Positions 38,204 through 47,642 are shown, counted from the first letter of the stretch. The stretch: 64,000 nucleotides of DNA from an uncultured Candidatus Poseidoniales archaeon (GCA_964401115.1 CAYNXD010000052.1:14-64013); one strand, 5' to 3'. Notes: generated by a model not told the origin, from the letters alone. A program made the numbers and translations.

Positions 38204-38460
38204 ATCAAATGAAGGGACAAGCGCCGTCATACTGGATTACTGCTGAGAACCTCGTTCGTGGCTTATTTGATGACATGAGTGATGAGCAGACCCTACTCAA
38301 ATTAGCATCTTGTAACGTAATAGAATTGCATGCGGGGAATAAAGTTTGGAATTCTTTTCTGTGGTTGCTTGTCAACCATATGAAGAGAGAAGGCGTACCT
38401 ATTCTTTCTGGTAAAGATTTGGGCGATTTACGAAGTCGCCTACCGATAGTTTTCCATTGA
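38200..38460 (+). CDS. Hypothetical small protein
   Basis: 86-aa ORF; GTG start overlaps the upstream TGA; AAGGA upstream; fills the gap up to the convergent gene. Confidence 0.6.
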   Translation: MNQMKGQAPSYWITAENLVRGLFDDMSDEQTLLKLASCNVIELHAGNKVWNSFLWLLVNHMKREGVPILSGKDLGDLRSRLPIVFH

Positions 38461-38463
38461 AAA

Positions 38464-41022
38464 TTATTCTTTGTTATTGGCTTCCCACCACTGATGTCCG
38501 TAGTATACCCATTGCTCCATAGTCCAACCCATGGGCAACCCCCCTTCTGGTAGTTCAGGTGCCCCAGCTGGTAATTCGGTTGTAGTTGTCGCTGGTGTTG
38601 GTTGTTCCTCTACGGCAATGGGTTCTGGTTCTGGTTCTGGTTCAGGGGCTGTTGGGGATGATCCCTCGGTCAATCTCTGGATTAAGTCTGCCTTCTTACC
38701 AGATACTGGAAGACCTGCAGCCTTCAGTTGCTCTTTGAGTTGGGCCACTGTCATTGATTCGAAATCTGGAGTCCCGGAGTCAGGAACTACCGAACCATCA
38801 TCACTTTCTTCGAAGGAACTAGCATCGGGAACGACGCTAGGTTTGGATGCGGTATCATCATCAATATCCCAAAGTTGGTCTTCAGTAACACCATCACCTA
38901 GTTTTTCACCTTCCCATCCTTTCTCATCAGTAATACCACCTCGTGATTCGAATTCTTCACCCTCTTCCCATGCTTGCAATTCTTTTGTGGCATCCTGATG
39001 AGTATATTGTGCATCTGTGGCTCGCTTCGACACTGAAGTTCTTATCAGTCCAATTAATCCCCACATCGCAAGAATACCTGCAATAAGAGCAATACCAATT
39101 CCTCCACCATAAATTAGAAAATCTTTGATTAATTTATTCCTTTTTTCACTAGAAGATAACTCGCTATTGTCATTGTTGCTATCATCTAGTACATATTCTA
39201 CTTCACAATTATTGATATCATCTGAATATTTGTTACAATATTGATCTAACGTCCATACAGAAGGGTCGAGATCGTCCCAATCAGCATTATCTCCAACTCC
39301 GTCCCTGTCACTATCCACCCATTCAGATTTATTTGATGACCAATCCTGAGGTGGGTTTTCTGTTCTTTCACCACTATCTTCATACCCATCGCCATCTGAA
39401 TCAATACAACCAAATCTCTGAATTGTGACATACTTGTTCTGCTCAAAATCAAAGACAATCCCTCTAGTGCTATTGCCCCATTCATTAGGGCACCAATCTG
39501 GATTATTTCCATTCAGATTGTCACCATAGTTGTCATCATCTGTATCACACCATTGTGTATCATCTTGGGGATATTTGTCTGGGCCATTTGGATTAATTTC
39601 GGTGCATGGTATTTCGCCTTGTCTTGGGTTACTATATCCATCGCTATCTGAATCTGGACAGCCATTCCGGTCCTTGTTCGAATTACCAGGTGAATCTACA
39701 CAATCGTCAGGATTGGTACCATTGGGATTGTCCCCCAATCCATCACCATCACTGTCAGACCATTGTGATGAATCATTCGGGAAAGTATCGCCATCATAGC
39801 CGAGTGTATTATCGCCGTAGCCGTCACCATCACTGTCAATATACTGGTCCGCATTATTAGGGAAGGCATCTCCGTTTGTACCTCCGGGATTATCGCCCTT
39901 GCCATCGCCATCCGAATCTAGCCATTGACTAGGATCTTCGGGGAACCTATCTGGATTATTACCATTGGAATTGTCACCATATCCATCGCCGTCTTGATCT
40001 GTCTGTTGAGTTGAATCATGAGGAAAAGCATCAACTACATCTACTACTCCATCACCATCATTATCTGTATCAAACATCAAAATATCTGATTTGTCTGAGA
40101 ATGATGCTAGAACAAAGAATGAAGACCCTAGCCCTGACTTAATTCCAACTACATCGCCAAGTGAAGAGAACGACTCAATTTCTGACAAACTGCTACCATT
40201 GAGTATTGTCAAGTGGCCGTTGTGTGCTCCAACTAACAAATCACCGTTATCAGATTGTATTACTGTACGAATAATTCCTCCAGTTGAAAGTGTAATATCA
40301 CCAGTTTTTTGCCAATCTGTCGTAGAATATTTCAGTATTTGGCCGTCAACTGATGTTGCCAATAGGCTAGCCCCGTCATCGATAAGATATAGGCCTGAAA
40401 CCTCACCTTGAATATGCATCAAATCAGTATTTTTTGTCCCATTGCTTCCATAAGAGACACGGACAATTGAGTCCCTACCACCAGTAATAACAGAGCCATC
40501 TGAAAGACAAATTATGTTTGTGAGTTTAATTGAATGTTGTTGGGTGGTGACTTGAGATTCTGTTGTATCTTCAAACTTCATTGCAAAACCATATGCTCTA
40601 TCACTAACCCAAAGTTCCCCTTGACTACCCCAACTAACTGCATCAACACCACTTGAAACTGGAATAGTGTATAACATTGAATGGAGTTCAGTAGAAATTA
40701 CTCTTACCCCATTATCAGTACTCAGTGCCAAGCGATGTTGGACATTATCGATAGCCCCACTATTTATTGCAACACCAAGAGAGAGGTTCCATACTTTAGT
40801 TAATGCCCCACTCGCCTCAAAATCATAAGCTGCTATTTCTCCTGTGTTATTTGCAATTATTGTTAGCCCATCGTAGGATTCCCACCACCCCAACGTACTA
40901 TCCTCAAATTCAGTAATTGAGCCAGCGTTACCAAGGCTAGAAGCGGATGCAGGAGTTGATGCCATTAATGGTAATAAAATCGCAAGAATCAAAATTATAG
41001 TCAGTCCAAACTGGCGACGCAT
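38464..41022 (-). CDS. Single-pass membrane protein: signal peptide, WD40-like propeller, thrombospondin type-3-like Ca-binding repeats, TM, cytoplasmic SAP domain, Trp-rich tail
   Basis: N-terminal hydrophobic leader; ITGGRDSIVRV WD-like blades; repeated DxDGDGYGDN...DxFP; TM LIYGGGIGIALIAGILAMWGLIGL; SAP motif MTVAQLKEQLKAAGLPVSGKKADLIQRL. Confidence 0.85.
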   Translation of the reverse strand: MRRQFGLTIILILAILLPLMASTPASASSLGNAGSITEFEDSTLGWWESYDGLTIIANNTGEIAAYDFEASGALTKVWNLSLGVAINSGAIDNVQHRLALSTDNGVRVISTELHSMLYTIPVSSGVDAVSWGSQGELWVSDRAYGFAMKFEDTTESQVTTQQHSIKLTNIICLSDGSVITGGRDSIVRVSYGSNGTKNTDLMHIQGEVSGLYLIDDGASLLATSVDGQILKYSTTDWQKTGDITLSTGGIIRTVIQSDNGDLLVGAHNGHLTILNGSSLSEIESFSSLGDVVGIKSGLGSSFFVLASFSDKSDILMFDTDNDGDGVVDVVDAFPHDSTQQTDQDGDGYGDNSNGNNPDRFPEDPSQWLDSDGDGKGDNPGGTNGDAFPNNADQYIDSDGDGYGDNTLGYDGDTFPNDSSQWSDSDGDGLGDNPNGTNPDDCVDSPGNSNKDRNGCPDSDSDGYSNPRQGEIPCTEINPNGPDKYPQDDTQWCDTDDDNYGDNLNGNNPDWCPNEWGNSTRGIVFDFEQNKYVTIQRFGCIDSDGDGYEDSGERTENPPQDWSSNKSEWVDSDRDGVGDNADWDDLDPSVWTLDQYCNKYSDDINNCEVEYVLDDSNNDNSELSSSEKRNKLIKDFLIYGGGIGIALIAGILAMWGLIGLIRTSVSKRATDAQYTHQDATKELQAWEEGEEFESRGGITDEKGWEGEKLGDGVTEDQLWDIDDDTASKPSVVPDASSFEESDDGSVVPDSGTPDFESMTVAQLKEQLKAAGLPVSGKKADLIQRLTEGSSPTAPEPEPEPEPIAVEEQPTPATTTTELPAGAPELPEGGLPMGWTMEQWVYYGHQWWEANNKE

Positions 41023-41104
41023 AGAACCTTGAAACGTGTTTTACCTTTCAATGCGGCGATTACCCGATTATCCAAGAAATTGGCAATCTGATACCATTTT
41101 TGAC

Positions 41105-43657
41105 TCATTCTTCCTCTTGTTCTTCTGACTCAACCGGGGTAAGAGTTGGCGTAACTGGAGTTAATTTTGCAACCTCTGATGGAGTCAGTATCTTACCACT
41201 GGTTTGTACAGGGCGCAAGGTAGCCGCTTCGCCTGTTTTAGGTTGTAATACCGGCCTGCTAACTGGTTTTAGAACATCTACTTTAGGTGATGCAGTGTCT
41301 TGTTTTGGACTTCTATCTAAATCTAGAATTGACGACTCCTCGTCTCTGATTAATCGTCCGCCACCTGGTGGCCCACGCTTTGGTTTATCAAGTGATGGCG
41401 CATCTTCTTGTGGAGGAGTCCTAACTAAGGCACCTCCACCTGGTGGCCCTCTAGATACCTTTTCTAGTATTGATGATGTGTCTTCTTCATCATCCCAATC
41501 ATCCTCTTCGACAATCTCAGGTGTTGTTGAAGGCAACTCCCCTCCAAGAGGTTTATGATCGACTATTTCACCTTGAGACGAAATCTCTTCCTTAGCAATA
41601 TCACTTAGAGACCGCTCGGGTTTATCAGGTGCGGCATCAATCTTGACTGGTGGCCTTACTGGAGATAGTCTGTCTGCTGAGGTAGAACCTATTGTAGGCC
41701 TAGGAATTGATGTTGCTGGCGTCACATCTTGCTTTTGACCGATAGGCGCACGGGCTGGAGCCAAACGCCCACCACCTTCGGGCTTGAGTGGTGTGCGTGT
41801 TTGAGCAGGGGCGCCCGTACCTAAACGAGCGGCGCTGGGTTGCCCCAGACGAGCGCCACCAAGTAAGCCACCGGCATCCCCTCCGGTTGCTGTCTCAGGC
41901 ATCTGTCCTTGAGCACCTTGTAATGCACCAATCCATCGCTCCCTTCGGGCGAGGACACCATCTTGAGACTCAAGATTTTCAACCTCTTCTTCCATCTGCT
42001 TGAGTCGAACTTCTTCTTCCAAATCTTCCTCGGATACTAGATTTCGTTCAAGTTGCCCTCTAATTTTCTCTTCGGCGACTTGCTTAAATTCTTCAGAACG
42101 TTGTTCTAGTGTGGCTAGACGCTCACGAATCTCTGTTCTCTTGACTGAAAGTTGCGCTTCAATTTCTGCCCTAATCTCTGCTTCCCTTCTTCGGACTTCA
42201 ATTAGTGCCTTGTTACGCATGATTTCTTCTCTCTTTGCCAATTGTCTCTCTAATTGATCTGTGACCTCATCTTCCTTACGGCTACGGAATTCCCTCAAAC
42301 GGGCCTCCATTTCAACTTCAAGTTCCATAGAAGTTTCCTGCTTTAACAAATCGAGTGATGTTTCTTGAGAAATTTTCTCATTTCTCACACGAGCATCAAT
42401 CTCAGCCATGATTTGACGTTGGACCGCTGTTTCTTTTGCTCTAAACTCCTGCTCCAATTGATCAATCCACTCTTGTTTTCGAGATTCAAATGAAGATGAC
42501 AGTTGCTCCCGTAATTCAATTTCTCTATCATGTCGGAATCTAGATAATCTGCTAGAAATTTCTGACTCGCGTGTCCTGCGATAAGCCTCAAAATCATTTG
42601 ACATTTGAACATCTAGATTATCTTCAATTTCAAGACTCAAGGCGTGCTCAATTTCATCGATTGACTGGCTGAAAGTCAAATCATACTTCTCACGCAGACG
42701 CTGTTTCCGTTCAGCTATGCGTTCCCCATATTGTTTCTGGAGTTCTGTCAAAATCGATGACCTTACTTCGTCCCTCTTTCTGGCCACAGCTAACTCAAGA
42801 TCCTGTTGCATTCTCTCTTCAAGTTTTTCAGTTTCAGATGTTAGCCTCTGTTCAAGTTCATCCTGGAGATCCTTTGCAATCTCTTCTTCAAGACGATGTG
42901 CCCTGTGTTCATATTCGCTCCTCAAACGAGCTTCACGTGCGCGCAGGCGTCCGCGCAGTTGCTGCTCTAGACGCCGTCGAATTCCATCACGCAACTGTAT
43001 TTCTCTTTCAGCAAGACGTGCTTGTTGTTCAGATTCTATAGTTTCAGATTGAATTTCCTCTTCAGATTTGAGTTGATTTTCCATTTCATCCTTCAATTCT
43101 GATTCAAGATTACTCAATTGTTCTTGAAGGGCTTGATTGGCCTCGATTTCCATCTTCTCTTGAAGGAAGGCGCGCCGACGTTCGAACTCTTGATCCATTT
43201 CATCAGAGAGTTGAGTTTGAATTTGGTCTCTACTTGCTGAAAGACGACGTTCTCTTTCCACTTCCAGTTGTTCTTTGAGGGATATCTCCTCCCTCTCTAA
43301 TCGCATATCTAATTCTTCACGAAGTATCTCTTCTTCTCTGCCGAGAGTTTCTTTCTCAAGTCTGGAAAGTTCTGATTCCATCTCCTCTCTCATTTCCGAT
43401 TCTAGATTTGTGAGAATTGATTCGTGCTCTAATTGCAGAGCCCTACCCATTGCACCTTTTGCAGTGCTGATTCTTTCAGCCTGCTCTTTAATCCTGAGTC
43501 TGCGCTCTCTTGTAAGATTTCTACGAAGTGATTCTTCTTCGTTTAGATTTGCAGAAATCTGACCTGCCCTATCTGCTGACGGAGATCCTGACCCTGTAAT
43601 TTGATGGCGTAATTCTGCGAGTGATTGATTGTCGCCAGCAACTACACTCTTCTTCAA
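41105..43657 (-). CDS. Long E/R/L-rich coiled-coil protein with Pro/Gly-rich disordered C-terminus
   Basis: ~570 aa charged helical sequence then ~270 aa low-complexity tail; no TM, no Walker A; start codon uncertain. Confidence 0.8.
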   Translation of the reverse strand: MKKSVVAGDNQSLAELRHQITGSGSPSADRAGQISANLNEEESLRRNLTRERRLRIKEQAERISTAKGAMGRALQLEHESILTNLESEMREEMESELSRLEKETLGREEEILREELDMRLEREEISLKEQLEVERERRLSASRDQIQTQLSDEMDQEFERRRAFLQEKMEIEANQALQEQLSNLESELKDEMENQLKSEEEIQSETIESEQQARLAEREIQLRDGIRRRLEQQLRGRLRAREARLRSEYEHRAHRLEEEIAKDLQDELEQRLTSETEKLEERMQQDLELAVARKRDEVRSSILTELQKQYGERIAERKQRLREKYDLTFSQSIDEIEHALSLEIEDNLDVQMSNDFEAYRRTRESEISSRLSRFRHDREIELREQLSSSFESRKQEWIDQLEQEFRAKETAVQRQIMAEIDARVRNEKISQETSLDLLKQETSMELEVEMEARLREFRSRKEDEVTDQLERQLAKREEIMRNKALIEVRRREAEIRAEIEAQLSVKRTEIRERLATLEQRSEEFKQVAEEKIRGQLERNLVSEEDLEEEVRLKQMEEEVENLESQDGVLARRERWIGALQGAQGQMPETATGGDAGGLLGGARLGQPSAARLGTGAPAQTRTPLKPEGGGRLAPARAPIGQKQDVTPATSIPRPTIGSTSADRLSPVRPPVKIDAAPDKPERSLSDIAKEEISSQGEIVDHKPLGGELPSTTPEIVEEDDWDDEEDTSSILEKVSRGPPGGGALVRTPPQEDAPSLDKPKRGPPGGGRLIRDEESSILDLDRSPKQDTASPKVDVLKPVSRPVLQPKTGEAATLRPVQTSGKILTPSEVAKLTPVTPTLTPVESEEQEEE

Positions 43658-43835
43658 TTCTGCTAATTTCGATTCTGTCTCAGTCAGGGTCCCATCCCCT
43701 TGGAGCGCATCGCTCCTATTTCGTTACTGCAACTCTCTTCCTATTTGAGTGGGCAGGGTGGCATTATCCGTCAAACGTCCATTATTACACCCCTAGGGTG
43801 ATTCCCCAGAACTCTAGTTTGAAAGATGATATAAA

Positions 43836-44252
43836 TCAAAATGTAACTTTGAATGACTCTTCGCAGGCAGGGCATGAAATTTCTCTTGAACCCGGCCTTG
43901 GCCTTAGTCTAAGCCTACGTTCGCAAGCAGGGCATGATATCTCTACCTTAACCACCTTCGAAATTATTGTAAATTGATTTGCACAGGATGAACAAGCCAC
44001 TTTCGCAGGTCGATCATCAACCCCAGATACCAATACTTTGGAACAAGATGGGCAAGCAACTCTCTCTTCAGCCCATTCTTTTCTAGTTTCTTCATGCTCA
44101 ATGCGTGACACTGCGCCACATAATGTACAGGTCTTTTCGCCGAGACCTAGGGGTAGCAATCCATCGCAATTTGGACAATTAATTAGAGGGGGCGCTATTG
44201 TTGATTCAACTTCCAATGATTCTGGCGCATCGCCTATGCCATCATCACTCAA
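43836..44252 (-). CDS. Triple zinc-ribbon protein
   Basis: Six CxxC motifs (CPNC, CTLC, CPSC, CSSC, CPAC, CPAC); GAGGTG SD before TTG. Confidence 0.8.
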   Translation of the reverse strand: MSDDGIGDAPESLEVESTIAPPLINCPNCDGLLPLGLGEKTCTLCGAVSRIEHEETRKEWAEERVACPSCSKVLVSGVDDRPAKVACSSCANQFTIISKVVKVEISCPACERRLRLRPRPGSREISCPACEESFKVTF

Positions 44253-44261
44253 TTTAACACC

Positions 44262-44741
44262 TCATTTCCTTGATTTACCAATTACTAGAATACCACTTGG
44301 AGTGAATGTGAATGGTAAATCTAGTTCTACACCCCACTCATCTGCAGCAGATTCTAACATCTTTTTTGCTGCTATTGCATCCCTAGCTGAACCTGGAATT
44401 TCTATCCAATGAACATTTGCTCCTTTTCTGATAAGTGAAGCAACCTCATCCGGGAAATCACCCAAATCTGGCTGAGATGTACTTTCCTTATCTTCAAGAT
44501 TAATTGGACCCGTAAGTCGCCACCAACGTGCCCTACCCTGATCTCTATGATTCTCAACAATGCCTGCCTTTGTCAATTGTTGTAAATGATGATAAAGATG
44601 ATATCTAGTTACATTCAGTGCCTCTTGAATTTGAACTGTTGATTTTTCTTCCACATCTTGTAATGTTTCAACTATACCCCTTCTCGTCTCGTGAGCCAAG
44701 GCTACTTGACGAGGGTCTCCACGAATCTTTGCCATTGCCAT
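44262..44741 (-). CDS. ArsR-like winged-helix protein with C-terminal extra domain
   Basis: ALAHETRRGIV...LYHHLQQLTKAGIV...QGRARWW. Confidence 0.8.
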   Translation of the reverse strand: MAMAKIRGDPRQVALAHETRRGIVETLQDVEEKSTVQIQEALNVTRYHLYHHLQQLTKAGIVENHRDQGRARWWRLTGPINLEDKESTSQPDLGDFPDEVASLIRKGANVHWIEIPGSARDAIAAKKMLESAADEWGVELDLPFTFTPSGILVIGKSRK

Positions 44742-44793
44742 TCCTCCGGTTGTTACATTTCAATCTGTACTATGCTATAACAAGTTGCTTCAA

Positions 44794-47502
44794 TTAACTA
44801 CTTCCAATCATTACTGACTTAAGAGTCTTCCAAGAATCGATAAAATCTTCACCAAGTTGTTTGAATAAGGAACTCAACAAACCGAAACGGCTCATTCCTT
44901 GATCAGCTAACCAAATCCCATTTAGGAGAATTATCAAAGCGCTGGCTTCGTGTATAAAGACACCCAATGTTAGACTAGAATGCCATTGATCAACAACTGA
45001 AATAACTAACAAAATAGTAACCAAAAACGAAATTAGAAGATTAATTTGGACTATTTTTTTAGCTCTTCTTGAAAGTCTGATTAGACGTGAAAGGATTTGT
45101 GGGTCTTGGCTAGGTATCAATACATCAGCAGCCTCTAGATTAACGCTTTCACCACTTCCAACTGCTACCCCTACATCCGCAGAAGCCAGTGCCGCAGCAT
45201 CGTTGAAGCCATCTCCAGCCATCATTGTGCAAAGCGCCTGACTACGCCTTTGCACCCATATCGCTTTCCCATCTGGATCTATTTCTCCACGGCAAAACTT
45301 GGATTCAATACCCAACACATCTCCCAAAGACTCTACTGCATTTTGAGAATCTCCTGAAAGTAATTCTACCGATACGCCCATATCTTTCAAATCTGATACT
45401 AGATTTGTCGCACCATTCCGTAAATCGTCATTATTGAATACGAATAAAGCGATTGCTGTTTTGCTTTTTGAAAGTAAGGATATACCAAATCCATTGTTAC
45501 GAGCATCTTCAGCCGCTTTAGCAAGGGGTTTGGGAATTGTTACCCCTTCATCTAGTAACCAATTTTCAGTGCCGAACCTGACTTTTGACCTGCCAACTTT
45601 ACCACTAACTCCAGCAACTTCGTCAGAAATTGAAAGTACCTTAGTAGGTATCGCGCCTTGACTATCAGCAGCCACTAAAATAGTAGCAGCATAGGGGTGA
45701 TTACTACGTTGTTCTAATCCCGATGCTAAAGAAAGTGCATCTTCCATTCCTGTGCCGTCAGACAAAACTACTGAATCTAGGCAAGGTTGGCCACTTGTCA
45801 GAGTCCCAGTCTTATCTAAGAGAGCCAAATCGACTCTCGCAGTTCGTTCAAGCACGTCCCCGCCACGAGCGATGATACCGTAATGTGCAGCATTTGAAAG
45901 CGCAGCAGCGTGAGGGATTGGGGCGGCCAAAAGTAAAGCGCATGGACAAGCAACTACCCATAACAACAACATCATCATGACATCCCCTAACAAAATGCCT
46001 GCTAACCCACCTCCAATTATCACAGTGGGAACCCAAAATTTGGTGAAATTTTCTACAGATGATTGTAAGCGAGGTGGTTGGTCACGATAAGTATGAACTC
46101 TTTCAATTAATCCCGATAACTTGGTATCTTCTCCAACTGCTGAAACTTCTATGATTACTGGACCGCGGATTAAAACGAGGCCCGCTTCAACAAAATTGCC
46201 AATTTCTACTCTTATAGGGGTACTTTCTCCAGTCATTGGGGCTCTATCTATCTGCCCTAATCCTTCAACAATGAACCCATCAACTGGAATTAATTCCCCA
46301 CTCCTAACTTCAACAATATCACCAATTTGAACTATATCAATTGGTACCTTAATAGGCTCAGGATGGGATGGGGAAAGAGATGAAATTGGTGATTGGCTTA
46401 TGCTGAATGTAGTAGATGATACATCGAGTTTATTGGGTTCTTGAGAAGATATTACGCGCGCTTGTTGGGGCAAACGATCGAGCCCCCCTTGCATCGCATC
46501 TCTTGCTCTAAGTAGAGCAGATGATTCAAGATGCCCGCTTATTGATTCAAGTAAAACCACCATTAATGCTTCAGGCCAATGTTGAAGAATAGCTGCACCG
46601 ATTACTGCCATTGTTGTCAAAATTTGGAACCCCAATACTCTATTCCGAATACTTGCAACGGCTTCTCTGAACATCCTAAAGCCACCAACAATAACACCTG
46701 AGAATCCTAATAGAGTAATTAGAGCAAGTGGAGCTGCTGCTGCTTGAAGAATCATAACCACTGGAAGAATAAATAGGGCAAGTGATGCTCCAATCAGGCG
46801 CTGATCAGATATCGATAAACCTGGAGCCACACCCTCAATTAGTTTAAGTTCAGTTCCAGTAATCCTCTCCAATGATAGTTTTAATTCATTACGCGAAAAG
46901 GCATCTAGGGATTCTGGGGTTTGTATAAGTATTTGAGAACCATTAAATTTAACATCAAGAATTCCTATTGTAGATTGGATTAATCTCTTGATGGCTTTTT
47001 TATCACATCTTTGTCTTTCCAATACTGATTCTAGTTTCACACCTTGAATCCTCATCCACGGCAGATCTGGCTCATATCCCAAACTACAGAGAACGTGATT
47101 TACTTTATACAAATCACCTTTACCCAAGTCAACGCTTACCCGTACAACACCTTCGGCATGAGAAATTCGAGAAGAAGTCACGCCCAAATTCTTGTTAATC
47201 GCCGAGGTGGCTTTCATTGCACAATCTGGGCAATCCATACCAGTTATTGGCCAGTCAAAATCATGAATCCCATCCGTGACAATTTCCGCCTCAAAGTACC
47301 CCTCATCAATTATTGGAGATTTGCTTTTTTGAGGTTTTTTTGAAGTAGAGGTATTTGCAATTACTGAGAGGGGGGATGTTTCTTCTTCATCGGCACAACA
47401 ATCAGCAGTTGCGCATGCATCTTCAACTTCTTCTACAACGGATGTGTCCTTTGAATCATCCAGAAAGATGAATTCATTTGATTCATCATCCCTCTTGCGC
47501 AT
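44794..47502 (-). CDS. Heavy-metal P1B-type ATPase (ZntA/CadA-like)
   Basis: GMDCPDC metal-binding domain, TGES, CPC in TM, DKTGT, HP, GDGFNDA. Confidence 0.93.
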   Translation of the reverse strand: MRKRDDESNEFIFLDDSKDTSVVEEVEDACATADCCADEEETSPLSVIANTSTSKKPQKSKSPIIDEGYFEAEIVTDGIHDFDWPITGMDCPDCAMKATSAINKNLGVTSSRISHAEGVVRVSVDLGKGDLYKVNHVLCSLGYEPDLPWMRIQGVKLESVLERQRCDKKAIKRLIQSTIGILDVKFNGSQILIQTPESLDAFSRNELKLSLERITGTELKLIEGVAPGLSISDQRLIGASLALFILPVVMILQAAAAPLALITLLGFSGVIVGGFRMFREAVASIRNRVLGFQILTTMAVIGAAILQHWPEALMVVLLESISGHLESSALLRARDAMQGGLDRLPQQARVISSQEPNKLDVSSTTFSISQSPISSLSPSHPEPIKVPIDIVQIGDIVEVRSGELIPVDGFIVEGLGQIDRAPMTGESTPIRVEIGNFVEAGLVLIRGPVIIEVSAVGEDTKLSGLIERVHTYRDQPPRLQSSVENFTKFWVPTVIIGGGLAGILLGDVMMMLLLWVVACPCALLLAAPIPHAAALSNAAHYGIIARGGDVLERTARVDLALLDKTGTLTSGQPCLDSVVLSDGTGMEDALSLASGLEQRSNHPYAATILVAADSQGAIPTKVLSISDEVAGVSGKVGRSKVRFGTENWLLDEGVTIPKPLAKAAEDARNNGFGISLLSKSKTAIALFVFNNDDLRNGATNLVSDLKDMGVSVELLSGDSQNAVESLGDVLGIESKFCRGEIDPDGKAIWVQRRSQALCTMMAGDGFNDAAALASADVGVAVGSGESVNLEAADVLIPSQDPQILSRLIRLSRRAKKIVQINLLISFLVTILLVISVVDQWHSSLTLGVFIHEASALIILLNGIWLADQGMSRFGLLSSLFKQLGEDFIDSWKTLKSVMIGSS

Positions 47503-47642
47503 AATTTGACCTATTGCATAACCTGTTTGAATGTGACTGTCAAACGTGATTGCAATGAGGTTTTAATTTATCAATTGGAAAAACGATTTTTATATTGGAA
47601 AATTGAAAATATTCATTCATGATTTTACATTGACCGGATTAG

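Noticed and set aside
38621..38643. (GGTTCT)n tandem repeat as a phase-variation site
   Set aside because: The 6-bp unit is in frame and simply encodes a PEPEPE linker.
41105..43657. SMC/Rad50 assignment, or WH2 actin-binding motifs in the tail
   Set aside because: No Walker A/B, signature or hinge; the LxPV motifs lack the preceding amphipathic helix of WH2.
47525..47545. GTTTGA-N9-TCAAAC as an ArsR operator upstream of the ATPase
   Set aside because: Six-bp arms are too short to distinguish from chance without comparative data.
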